DNA of 64,000 nucleotides from Desulfatiglandales bacterium (lineage in GTDB: Bacteria > Desulfobacterota > DSM-4660 > Desulfatiglandales > HGW-15). Shown here piece after piece: positions 48,024 through 57,714 of this stretch (the stretch's first letter is position 1; each line of letters starts with the position of its first letter). A program made the position numbers and the translations under genes. The stretch is taken from the NCBI GenBank assembly GCA_963667015.2, contig CAXXJJ010000001.1, positions 640,001 to 704,000 of the forward strand, written 5' to 3'. The notes beneath the pieces were generated by a model. It did no database searches, had not been told where the DNA came from, and saw only the letters and a program-made list of their open reading frames with translations.

Positions 48024-49973
48024 ATGTATGATAATCTCTTTAAATCCATTCAATTTGGTAAAATAACCGTTCCAAACCGGGCATGTTTTCTTGCCCACAG
48101 GACCAATTTATCAAAACGCGGTGAACTTAATAACAGGCACATTGCCTATTATGCCAGAAGGGCAATGGGCGGCTGCGGTCTGATTATTCTGGGTGAGTTG
48201 TGTATTCACCCTGATAACCGGCCCTGGGAATCTCTGATCAATTTCTATGATTCAAAATCGGTAAAGGACTTCCGGAGATTTACTGATACAATCCATAAAA
48301 ATGGCACTCGTATCTTTGCACAACTCAATCACCATGGTTTTCAAAGCAGCGGTGCCATAACGAGAAAAGAGGTATGGGGACCCTCGGCAAATTCCGATAT
48401 CAGTTTTGGTGAGGTGTCAAAACCGATGGAGCCCGAAGATTTCCGGGTGGTAATCGATTCTTTTGCCAGATCTACAGAGATAGCTCGAAAGGCAGGTTTC
48501 GATGGGGTAGAGATAGATATGGGCTCAGAATCCCTGCTGCGACAGTTTTTATCGCCCCTCACGAACCAGCGACAGGATGAATATGGCGGCAGTCTAGAAA
48601 ACAGGATGCGGTTTCCTGTTCAGGTACTTGAAGCGGTAAAGGCATCAACAGGTGATGATTTTACCACTGGGATCAGGCTGTGTGTTGATGAAAAATTCTG
48701 GGGGGCCATTGAACCGGAAGAGGCAAAACAGTTTGCAAAGGTCTTTGAAGAAAAGAAGCTTGCGGACTTTATAAGCACAACAGTCGGCACATACTATAAT
48801 CTGCATCTTTACATGGCGTCAATGCATACACCCTATGGCTTTACAATAGATGCATCGGAACACCTTAAGGAGGCAGTTGATATTCCTGTTATCGCAAGTC
48901 ACCAGATAGGTTCGCCACAGATGGCAGAAGAAATCCTCGAAAAGGGGCAGGCTGATGCAGTCGGGTTTATTCGCAACCTGATCTGTGACCCTGACATGAT
49001 TAAAAAGGCCAGGGAAGGCCGCATTAAGGATATCCGCTACTGTGTAAGGGATAATAAAGGCTGTATAGGCAGGGTTAATAATAAAAAGAAGATCGGCTGT
49101 ATACAGAATCCGGAAGTTGGGTTTGAAAAACTGAACGTGGAATCAGAGTATCCCAAAGCTGGAGCGAGTAAAAAGGTTATTGTAATCGGGGCAGGACCTG
49201 CGGGACTTGAGGCTGCAAGAACAGCGGCCGAAAGAGGGCACAATGTAAAGATATTTGAAAAGGGTAAGAAGATCGGAGGTCAGATCAATCTCATTAAAAA
49301 GAGACCCAGGCGACAGGGGATGGGCGCCATTGTAACATACCTTTCGCGTATGATTGAAGGTCTTGGTATCCCGGTGATAACAGAAGCAGAGGCGACCGTG
49401 GAATCGGTGCTGGATGAAAACCCGGATGCTGTTATTGTTGCCACCGGATCTCTGCCAAAAAAAAAGCCTGTCCCCGGTGACTACGAACCACCTAAAGTTC
49501 TTAATGTGTGGGAAGTCCTTCAGGGTTTTTACCCTGTAGGTGATAAAATACTTTTTATCGATGAAAACGGCGGTCACCATGCTGCTGCCACGGTTGAATA
49601 TCTTGCTGACCAGGGCAAAAAGGTCCACATGATCACCAGCGAACTCTTTATAGGCCTGGAACTTTCTCCCCTGGGAGACCTTTCTCTTACAAGGCAGAGG
49701 CTGCTTCAAGGCGGTGTGACCTTTGCCTCTGATTTAAGAGTCGAAAAGATAGAATCAACAAGGGTCAAATGTATAGATATCTATACCAATAAGCCGGTTA
49801 TTCTTGAAGGTTACGATACCATTGTCCTGGATATGGGTAACCAGTCTGATGATAAGTTGTACAAAGACCTTAAGGGTAAAGTGAAAGAACTTTACCGGAT
49901 CGGCGATTGTGTTGCGCCCAGGGGTATTGACATGGCATTCCTTGAGGCAAGAAGGGTCGGTGAACTGATATGA
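48024..49973 (+). CDS. Mycofactocin-system FadH/OYE-family flavin oxidoreductase 1
   Basis: AHRTN, RQFLSPLTNQRQDEYGGS, Fe-S motif CVRDNKGC..CIQNP, GAGPAG, IGDCVAPR. Confidence 0.88.
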   Translation: MYDNLFKSIQFGKITVPNRACFLAHRTNLSKRGELNNRHIAYYARRAMGGCGLIILGELCIHPDNRPWESLINFYDSKSVKDFRRFTDTIHKNGTRIFAQLNHHGFQSSGAITRKEVWGPSANSDISFGEVSKPMEPEDFRVVIDSFARSTEIARKAGFDGVEIDMGSESLLRQFLSPLTNQRQDEYGGSLENRMRFPVQVLEAVKASTGDDFTTGIRLCVDEKFWGAIEPEEAKQFAKVFEEKKLADFISTTVGTYYNLHLYMASMHTPYGFTIDASEHLKEAVDIPVIASHQIGSPQMAEEILEKGQADAVGFIRNLICDPDMIKKAREGRIKDIRYCVRDNKGCIGRVNNKKKIGCIQNPEVGFEKLNVESEYPKAGASKKVIVIGAGPAGLEAARTAAERGHNVKIFEKGKKIGGQINLIKKRPRRQGMGAIVTYLSRMIEGLGIPVITEAEATVESVLDENPDAVIVATGSLPKKKPVPGDYEPPKVLNVWEVLQGFYPVGDKILFIDENGGHHAAATVEYLADQGKKVHMITSELFIGLELSPLGDLSLTRQRLLQGGVTFASDLRVEKIESTRVKCIDIYTNKPVILEGYDTIVLDMGNQSDDKLYKDLKGKVKELYRIGDCVAPRGIDMAFLEARRVGELI

Positions 49974-51928
49974 GCGAATTCAGATATCTATTCAGCCCCC
50001 TTAAGATCGGAAACCTGGTTGTGCCTAACCGCATACATTTTGCCGCCCATATGACCAACTTTGGTGAAGACCAGAAGATAAGCGACCGCCATGTCTATTA
50101 TTACTCCGATAGGGCAAAGGGGGGGTGCGGTCTCATAACAACAGAAGAGTTAACCGTGCATCCATCGGATCATGCCTATGACAAGCTTGTTGATGCCTTT
50201 GAACCGGAAGTTGTTCACGGATACAAAAAACTCACCCACTCCGTGCACCAGTATGACACCAAAATATTCGCACAGCTCAACCATAACGGAATGCAGGCGG
50301 ATGGCACCATATCAAGGCTGCCTGTCTGGGGACCTTCCCCGGGATCTGATCCCCTGTTCCGTGAAGTTGCAAAAGAGATGGAAATAGAAGACATAAAGGA
50401 GTGCTGTGAATATTACGCCAGGAGCGCCATCTATGCTGCTGAAGGGGGATTTGACGGCATTGAACTTCAGGTGGGACACAGCTCCCTTATAAGGCAGTTT
50501 CTTTCTACTGCGACCAACTCTAGAAAAGATGAATATGGCGGGAGCTTTGAAAACCGCATGCGATTCTGCCTTGAGGTAATTGATTCGGTCAGACGGGCCG
50601 TAGGGGATGATTTTCCGCTGGGTATCCGGCTTAATGCAGATGAGATGCACCCAAAGGGCGGAATTACCCTTGAAGATGCCAAAAGGATAGCTGCCCGTGT
50701 TGAAGAGACAGGTCAGCTGGATTTTATGGATCTAAGTATCGGGACCTTTTATAACCTTTTTCTTGTTGAAGGCTCCATGCACACACCGCTTGCCTATACT
50801 GTTCCCCTTGCCTCAGGAATACGCTCGGTTATTGATCTGCCTGTTTTCTGCACAAACAGGATCAATGACCCGCACCTTGCTGAAAACATACTGGCTGCCG
50901 GTCAGGCAGACATGATCGGAATGGTAAGGGCGCTTATCTGTGACCCTGAACTCCCCAACAAGGCCATGGAAGGAAGGTCGGATGATATAAGACACTGTAT
51001 TGCCTGCAACCAGGGATGCATTGCCCGAATGGGGCTGGGATATACACTCGGGTGCCTCCAGAACCCGGCAGTAGGCCGCGAAGAACAAATGGGGATCGGG
51101 AAGTTAAGGACATGTGAAAAACAGAAAAAGGTAGTTATAGTGGGCGGGGGACCTGCAGGACTTGAGGCAGCACGAACCGCAGCCATTAGAAAACATAGGG
51201 TCGTACTGTTTGAAAAAAATGAAGACCCGGGAGGCCAGAATCTTATAGCAGGTAAGGCCGCAGGAAGGCAGGAGATAACCGGTGTTACAAGGTGGCTTTT
51301 AAGCCAGGTCAATAAACTTGATATTGATTTCAGGCTCGGTGTAGAGGCTGATGCCGACACCGTCCTTGCAGAAAATCCTGATGCCGTAATAATTGCCACC
51401 GGATCGGTCCCAAAGACTAATCCCTTTCCGGGAGAATACTCATCGCCGCAGGTAGTCAGCACTGTGCAGGTATTAAAAGATGAAGTAGAGGTTGGCAAAA
51501 AAGCGCTGCTCGTGGATAATGACGGCCATCATCAGGCAACAGGTACTGCAGAGTTTCTTGCGGACAGGGATAAAGAAGTCCACATTATAACATCATCTCT
51601 CTTTACAGGTGGTAATCTTGGGCCTCTGCAGGATCTCTATCTAACAAGAAAAAGACTTGCCGAAAAGGGGGTAACCTTTACGCCGGATATTGCAGTACTT
51701 GAAATACAGGGGACTACTGTCAAAGGCCTTCAGGTATACTCCAATGAAATGATAGATTTTGAAGGATACGATACAATTGTCCTGGCAGTGGGAAATGTTT
51801 CATGCGATCATTTATATTTTGAACTTAAGGGGAAAGTAAAAGAAGTTTATCGCGCGGGTGATTGTGTTGCCGCCAGAAAAACGGATATGGCCATTGTGGA
51901 AGGCCACAGGGTGGGAAGAAAGGTTTGA
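49970..51928 (+). CDS. Mycofactocin-system FadH/OYE-family flavin oxidoreductase 2
   Basis: AHMTN, TEELTVHPSD..YDK, GHSSLIRQFLS, CIACNQGC..CLQNP, GGGPAG. ATGA overlap with paralog 1. Confidence 0.9.
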   Translation: MSEFRYLFSPLKIGNLVVPNRIHFAAHMTNFGEDQKISDRHVYYYSDRAKGGCGLITTEELTVHPSDHAYDKLVDAFEPEVVHGYKKLTHSVHQYDTKIFAQLNHNGMQADGTISRLPVWGPSPGSDPLFREVAKEMEIEDIKECCEYYARSAIYAAEGGFDGIELQVGHSSLIRQFLSTATNSRKDEYGGSFENRMRFCLEVIDSVRRAVGDDFPLGIRLNADEMHPKGGITLEDAKRIAARVEETGQLDFMDLSIGTFYNLFLVEGSMHTPLAYTVPLASGIRSVIDLPVFCTNRINDPHLAENILAAGQADMIGMVRALICDPELPNKAMEGRSDDIRHCIACNQGCIARMGLGYTLGCLQNPAVGREEQMGIGKLRTCEKQKKVVIVGGGPAGLEAARTAAIRKHRVVLFEKNEDPGGQNLIAGKAAGRQEITGVTRWLLSQVNKLDIDFRLGVEADADTVLAENPDAVIIATGSVPKTNPFPGEYSSPQVVSTVQVLKDEVEVGKKALLVDNDGHHQATGTAEFLADRDKEVHIITSSLFTGGNLGPLQDLYLTRKRLAEKGVTFTPDIAVLEIQGTTVKGLQVYSNEMIDFEGYDTIVLAVGNVSCDHLYFELKGKVKEVYRAGDCVAARKTDMAIVEGHRVGRKV

Positions 51929-52992
51929 AAGTTTCTAATAATATATGGATACTCGTCCTGTCTGATGGTGATGCGGTCGAGGAATCGACCTTCGGTTTAA
52001 TCGCAGAGGCCAGGCGTATCATAAAAGATACCGGAGGGATTGGATCTCTAGCCGCGGTTATCATTGGCCCTGTCCATGATGATGCTCTCGCTTCATTGAA
52101 ACAGGGTGGTGCTGACAGGATTATCCATATAAAACATGACTTGCTTGAAAGATATCATGGTGAATTATTCGCAAAGGTATTTTTCGAGGTGGCTGATAAA
52201 AATACTGTATCCTGTATCCTTGTTTCACAGGATGGAGGCACTTCTGATTTCAGTGCACGTGTTGCAGCAATGATGAATGCCTCCCTGGTTACAAAGGTTA
52301 TGGATTTTGGTTTTGATGAAAAAGGCAGGGGAGTAGCTGTAAGGCCTGTATCCAACGGTTACCAGTTTGAAAGAGTAATAATCGATGAAGGAAATTTAGC
52401 GGTTATTTCTTTCCTCCCGTCTGTATTGAGCGCAGTCAGTGATTTTAAAAATAATAATTTTACAAAGAATAATGACACACTTGTTGAGGTGATTATTCCT
52501 GATATTGATGAAGGCAGTCTGAATACAAAAATAGTAAATATAATTGAAGCCGAACCTGAAGAGCTTGATATCGAAGATGCCGAGATTGTTGTTGCAGGCG
52601 GAAGAGGCGCTGGAAAGGGAGAGGCTTTTGATATTATTAATGAACTGGCAAAGGCAATAGGCGGTTCAGTGGCAGGCACAAGGCCTGTAATAGATGCACA
52701 GATACTGCCTTTTGAACGTCAGATAGGGCAGACGGGCAAAACCATTAATCCGGGCCTTATAATAAACTGCGGAATATCCGGGGCAAACGAATACAGCGCC
52801 GGAATGGAGAAATCAAAAAACGTGATTTCCATAAACAATGATCCGCGTGCAAGGATCTTCCGGTTTTCGGATCTCGGGGTTGTTGGAGATTTAAGGGAGA
52901 TTATTCCTCTATTGGTTGAGAGGATAAGGGCGATTAAAAAAGAGGGTTCAAGGGATCAAGGATTCAAGGGTTCGAGTGAAAATCAAAAATAA
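51925..52992 (+). CDS. etfA: Electron transfer flavoprotein subunit alpha
   Basis: VVAGGRG, GTRP, QIGQTGK, GISGA, SINNDP..IF. TTG start overlaps the upstream stop. Confidence 0.9.
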   Translation: MKVSNNIWILVLSDGDAVEESTFGLIAEARRIIKDTGGIGSLAAVIIGPVHDDALASLKQGGADRIIHIKHDLLERYHGELFAKVFFEVADKNTVSCILVSQDGGTSDFSARVAAMMNASLVTKVMDFGFDEKGRGVAVRPVSNGYQFERVIIDEGNLAVISFLPSVLSAVSDFKNNNFTKNNDTLVEVIIPDIDEGSLNTKIVNIIEAEPEELDIEDAEIVVAGGRGAGKGEAFDIINELAKAIGGSVAGTRPVIDAQILPFERQIGQTGKTINPGLIINCGISGANEYSAGMEKSKNVISINNDPRARIFRFSDLGVVGDLREIIPLLVERIRAIKKEGSRDQGFKGSSENQK

Positions 52993-52999
52993 ATATAAT

Positions 53000-53764
53000 A
53001 TGAACTTTTTCAGCCTAAAAAAAATATATTTACTGGCAGTTATTTTTTGCCTTTTTCCATGCGGGCTCTTTGCCTATGAAATGGATGAATGTATACTGTG
53101 TCACACTGATAATTCTGGTGAAGGCATTCCCCAGATGTCCCTTGATGATTACCGGTCTTCTGTTCACGGAGGCATGATGGAATGCACGGTTTGCCATTCA
53201 TATATTGAGGAGGGCCACGAAGGCGGAGACGTGACAGGAAGAGTTAACTGCGGTAACTGCCACTCCCATGAAAACCTTCATGGCCTTTCATCCGGTAAAG
53301 ACAATAAGCCAGAATGTTATACCTGTCATACAACACATAAAATTCTTCCGGAATCTGCTGAAAATTCGTCCATAAATATATTGCAGTTTAAAAATACATG
53401 CAGAAAATGTCACCCTGCAAAGTGGGGTGAACAGGGTTATATGAAGTGGTTTACATCCTTCAGGGTAAAGTCCCATAAAAAACAGGATTTCAGCAGGGAT
53501 TTTGACGAAACAAACTGCATTGGCTGTCATCAGGGCATGGCCGTCCATGGAACTCCAGATAAAATATCTGATGATGAATGTTTCAAATGCCACATGAAAG
53601 ATAACAAGAATGCCATGATCGGGAAATTTCATGCCGCAGATAATTCGTTATCATCCATCACTGGTTTTTCGATCATCACTCAAATATTGATCCTGATGAT
53701 TTTAATTTTTGCGGTCCGGTTTTTTATTAAACCCCTGAGAAAATCCGGAAAAGGGAAGGAATGA
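53000..53764 (+). CDS. Membrane-anchored heptaheme cytochrome c
   Basis: Seven CxxCH motifs (CILCH, CTVCH, CGNCH, CYTCH, CRKCH, CIGCH, CFKCH), signal peptide and C-terminal TM. Start is 53000 or 52976. Confidence 0.9.
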   Translation: MNFFSLKKIYLLAVIFCLFPCGLFAYEMDECILCHTDNSGEGIPQMSLDDYRSSVHGGMMECTVCHSYIEEGHEGGDVTGRVNCGNCHSHENLHGLSSGKDNKPECYTCHTTHKILPESAENSSINILQFKNTCRKCHPAKWGEQGYMKWFTSFRVKSHKKQDFSRDFDETNCIGCHQGMAVHGTPDKISDDECFKCHMKDNKNAMIGKFHAADNSLSSITGFSIITQILILMILIFAVRFFIKPLRKSGKGKE

Positions 53765-53768
53765 TCAG

Positions 53769-55649
53769 GTGCTTATGTCCTTAGATCTTTTACTGGTATG
53801 TCTGGCCATATTAATAATGGCCTTGGGACTTTCAAAGACATTGAGTCTTTTAAGGTCCGGTATGCCTGAAAGGTGTCCGGGAGACAGGATATTTCTTCTG
53901 AAATATCTGCTGGGACATAAGAAAATACTGAAGAACCCTGTTGCCGGGGTCCTGCATATTATGGTTTTCTGGGGATGTATACTTCCTCTTATAGTTATAA
54001 TTCTTGCACAGACATGCCTTACACTGCCCCAGGTTTTATCATCGGTTCTTTCTCTTTTACTCGATATTATCGGTTTATTATTTCTGGCAGCCACTGTTGT
54101 ATTTTTAATAAGAAGATTAAAATCAAAGGACCCGCTTGGTCCTCAAAAGAGCCTTTTGCCCCTTTTAGTCTTGATTATCATTCTGTTGACGGGTTTTCTT
54201 GCCGAAGGATACAGGCTCAGAATTACCGGCTTTGTAACTATATGGGCCTCTCCCGTCGGATACATTGCTTCATCATTTCTGCCATCGTCGCCAGTCATGA
54301 TGCAGTTGATGATAAGAATTCATTTTTATGCAATACTGTTACTGGTGGCAATAATCCCCTGTACATATTTTCGTCACCTCGCTATGGCCCCCCTGAACAT
54401 ATTATATAAGAGGAAGGGAAATGCCGGCGAGTTCAGAAATATGTCATTAAACAAAGATCACCCAGGCGTAAACCGGATTAATGATTTTACATGGAAGCAG
54501 CTTCTTGACTCCGAGGCCTGTGTTTCATGCGGACGCTGCGAAGAAAACTGTCCTGCCTTTATTTCAGGAAAGCCCCTGTCACCCCGAAAAATTGTCAGGA
54601 AATTATATGAGCTGGCACATCGTGCTGACAGGAATACTGCTATTGATTCACGCATAACAGAAGATGAAATCTGGAACTGCACAACCTGTATGGCCTGTGT
54701 AGAGACCTGCCCGGTTTTTGTCTCACCGCTCGAAAAGATAGTCGATATAAGGCGTCATCTGACACTGGGAAAAGGAGCCCTTCCTTCTGAAGCGGCGGCA
54801 ATGATAAGGAACCTGGAGATATATGGTGATGTAAACGGAAAGGGCCCGTCCTATAGAGCAGACTGGGCAATGAACCGGGGAGTCAGGGTGACGAGGCCTG
54901 ATGAAAGAGACGTGGAGATAGTGATATGGACAGGGTGTTCAGGTTCCTTCCACCCTCGATATCAGGAGGTTTCAAGGGCACTGGTTAATATCCTGCAAAA
55001 GGCAGGGATAAACTTCAGGATACTTGGCAGCAATGAATTGTGCTGCGGAGACCCGGCACGAAGGCTTGGTGAAGAGGAACTATTCATAAGCCTTGCCAGT
55101 AAAAATCTGAAAACATTCAGGGAACATAATGTGCACAGGATAATCACACTGTGTCCCCACTGTTACAATACCCTTAAGAATGAATACCCAAAGATGGAGC
55201 AGGAGGATTATCATGACCTTGAGGTAGTCCATGCCTCCCGGTATGTTATGGATCTTATCAGTAAAAAGGTTATTGCCCCTGAGTTCCCTCTCTCGAAAAG
55301 TGTTACAATACATGATCCCTGTTATCTGGGGAGGGGTAATAACATCTATGAACCTCTAAGAGATATTATACACAATGTACCTGACGCCAGTTTGAAAGAG
55401 CTGAAAAGGTCACGTGAAAAGGGATTCTGCTGCGGGGCCGGAGGAGGCGGGATGTGGCTCCATGAGCATTCCGGAAAAAGGATCAATGTTATAAGGTCGG
55501 AAGAGATTGCGGAGAAGAATGTCGATATAGTCTGTACCGCTTGCCCCTACTGCCAGACAATGATTAATGACGGTATTAACGGCCTGGAGCTGGATGATCC
55601 TCCTGAGGTTCTGGATATAATCGAGATTGTTAAGAGGGTGCTAAGGTAA
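53769..55649 (+). CDS. Membrane heme-b/Fe-S oxidoreductase (FadF/HdrF-like; probable ETF:quinone oxidoreductase)
   Basis: NarI-like TM region with His residues (LHIMVFWG, RIHFY, FRHL), CVSCGRCEENCP, CTTCMACVETCP and two CCG domains. Confidence 0.88.
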   Translation: MLMSLDLLLVCLAILIMALGLSKTLSLLRSGMPERCPGDRIFLLKYLLGHKKILKNPVAGVLHIMVFWGCILPLIVIILAQTCLTLPQVLSSVLSLLLDIIGLLFLAATVVFLIRRLKSKDPLGPQKSLLPLLVLIIILLTGFLAEGYRLRITGFVTIWASPVGYIASSFLPSSPVMMQLMIRIHFYAILLLVAIIPCTYFRHLAMAPLNILYKRKGNAGEFRNMSLNKDHPGVNRINDFTWKQLLDSEACVSCGRCEENCPAFISGKPLSPRKIVRKLYELAHRADRNTAIDSRITEDEIWNCTTCMACVETCPVFVSPLEKIVDIRRHLTLGKGALPSEAAAMIRNLEIYGDVNGKGPSYRADWAMNRGVRVTRPDERDVEIVIWTGCSGSFHPRYQEVSRALVNILQKAGINFRILGSNELCCGDPARRLGEEELFISLASKNLKTFREHNVHRIITLCPHCYNTLKNEYPKMEQEDYHDLEVVHASRYVMDLISKKVIAPEFPLSKSVTIHDPCYLGRGNNIYEPLRDIIHNVPDASLKELKRSREKGFCCGAGGGGMWLHEHSGKRINVIRSEEIAEKNVDIVCTACPYCQTMINDGINGLELDDPPEVLDIIEIVKRVLR

Positions 55650-55706
55650 GGGAAGGGTATACGGTATAAGGTTTGAGGTGTAAGGGAAAACCTTTGGAGT
55701 TCTACT

Positions 55707-56585
55707 ATGAAAATAGTTGTTTGTGCTAAACAGGTAAAATTTATATATTCGAGAACAGGACGTGATCCTTTAAAAAATTATATCGCGCCTGAAGATAATA
55801 TATTTTGTATTAATCCATGGGATGAAGCGGCACTTGATATTGCTTTGAAGCTTAAGGAAAAAGACCCGTCGGTTGAAGTTACTGTACTGACGCTCGGGCC
55901 TGTTATCTCCGAAAAGGAGCTGAGGAGATTCATCGCTCTTGGGGCTGATGCAATATACAGGGTTGATACGGAAGCAGAACATGACTCCTGGTCAAAGTCA
56001 ATTCTGCTTGCCCTGGGAATAATGGCATTGGACGCAGACCTTGTATTTTGTGGAAAAGAATCTGTGGATAAACAAAACGGCCAGGTTGGAGCCTTTATTG
56101 CCCATCATCTCAATATGCCATTTGTTTCCAATGTTATTAATGTAGAGACGGGTTTTAACCCCGTCTTTGCCAAGGCTGCAAGGAATGCCGGTAAAGGTGT
56201 AAGGGAAGAAATAGAGTGCTCTTTGCCGGCTGTTTTCAGTATCTCCAGGGAAGGCATTGAGGCACGGCTTCCAACCTATGAGCAAAAACAAAAGGCATTG
56301 ACTTCTCCCTTCAGAATACTTGAGATTGATTCACAAAAGGCAAAAAGAAAACTTATAAGTGATGGGGTATACACTCCAAGGCCAAGACCGAAAAAGGTCA
56401 TTACTCCTGACAGTAATCTGCCCGCATTTGACAGGATCAATCAGTTGCTGTCCGGCAGCAATGTCCAAAAGAAGGGAGCCATGCTTGTCGGTGATCCGGA
56501 ATCTCAGGTGGAAGGAATAATTTCATATCTTGTTGAAAACGGATTTTTAATAACTGAAGACTCTCCTTCGGATGAGCAGGCCTGA
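55707..56585 (+). CDS. etfB: Electron transfer flavoprotein subunit beta
   Basis: MKIVVCAKQV, INPWDEAAL, ALGAD, DLVFCGKESVD..GQVG. Confidence 0.9.
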   Translation: MKIVVCAKQVKFIYSRTGRDPLKNYIAPEDNIFCINPWDEAALDIALKLKEKDPSVEVTVLTLGPVISEKELRRFIALGADAIYRVDTEAEHDSWSKSILLALGIMALDADLVFCGKESVDKQNGQVGAFIAHHLNMPFVSNVINVETGFNPVFAKAARNAGKGVREEIECSLPAVFSISREGIEARLPTYEQKQKALTSPFRILEIDSQKAKRKLISDGVYTPRPRPKKVITPDSNLPAFDRINQLLSGSNVQKKGAMLVGDPESQVEGIISYLVENGFLITEDSPSDEQA

Positions 56586-57696
56586 GGTCATGGGTACTGA
56601 CACGAAAATCATAAAGGGGAAGATCGAAAAGGCAGGCCTTAGAGCACCAGAGATCCTCACCCTTATGATCACCGATGCGTGCAACCTGAGCTGTCCTCAT
56701 TGTCTCCTGAACTGCAAAAATCTGGATCCTACTCCTGTCAAAAAAGAAATTATTATCGGAATTATTAAGGAATTTGCAGATCTCGGAGGCGAAGTCCTTT
56801 TCCTTACAGGAGGTGAACCGCTGTCTCATCCTGACTGGTTTGAGATACTTGCTCATGCATGCAGTTTAAGCACTCTTTCGGAAATTATACTGCAGACCAA
56901 CGGTTCAATGGTTACCGGCGAAGATGTCGAAAAAATAAAATCACTAAACTCCGAAAAATTAAAGATACAGGTCAGTCTTGACGGGGCAACACCTGAAGTA
57001 AACGACATGATAAGAGGGAAGGGTAATTTTGAAGCTGCGGTTAAGGGAATCAGGCTTTTTGCTGCTGCCGGGATGGGAAAAAGAATAAGAATAGCCTTTA
57101 CGGAAATGAGACATAACTTTGACCAGATCCCTAAAATACTTGAACTTGCAAATGACCTTGGTGTCGGCCAGTTTACAGCCGGTACACTTGTTAAAGGGGG
57201 CAGGGCAAAAAATACGGATTGGATAGAGCTTCCTGATAGATACCAGATTAGAAGCCTGATTGAGCTGTATGAGTCAGATCCAAAATTCAGGGCATTTTAT
57301 GAGAAAATGGGGAATATCTCCGCGATAGAATGGTACAAAGGAAGAAATATACCTTCGGATCATGTGTGTAACTGTATAAGTACACCATTTATTAATGCTG
57401 CCGGGAAAATGTACCCCTGTGTGATGAATCTTAATGATGAACATGCAGTGGATAATGTACATGAAAAAGGGATGAAAGAGGGGATACTGAAAGGGATTGA
57501 GAAATGGGCACTTCTCCCACGGCTTGATAAAGAGCGGAGTGAATCACTGGTTAGGTGTAAGGATTGTGCCGGCAGAGAACACTGCAGAGGAGGGTGTATG
57601 GGAAGGGCTCAGACCGTAAACGGGGATGTGATATCGGTAGAGGACAGGTGCGAATTGAGACGGGAAGTGTATTACTGTGGGAGAGGTGAACAATAG
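56572..57696 (+). CDS. Radical SAM/SPASM protein
   Basis: CNLSCPHC, TGGEP, VSLDG, YPC, CKDC..CRGGC..RC. Confidence 0.92.
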   Translation: MSRPEVMGTDTKIIKGKIEKAGLRAPEILTLMITDACNLSCPHCLLNCKNLDPTPVKKEIIIGIIKEFADLGGEVLFLTGGEPLSHPDWFEILAHACSLSTLSEIILQTNGSMVTGEDVEKIKSLNSEKLKIQVSLDGATPEVNDMIRGKGNFEAAVKGIRLFAAAGMGKRIRIAFTEMRHNFDQIPKILELANDLGVGQFTAGTLVKGGRAKNTDWIELPDRYQIRSLIELYESDPKFRAFYEKMGNISAIEWYKGRNIPSDHVCNCISTPFINAAGKMYPCVMNLNDEHAVDNVHEKGMKEGILKGIEKWALLPRLDKERSESLVRCKDCAGREHCRGGCMGRAQTVNGDVISVEDRCELRREVYYCGRGEQ

Positions 57697-57714
57697 GCCG
57701 GATATCAGCATAAA

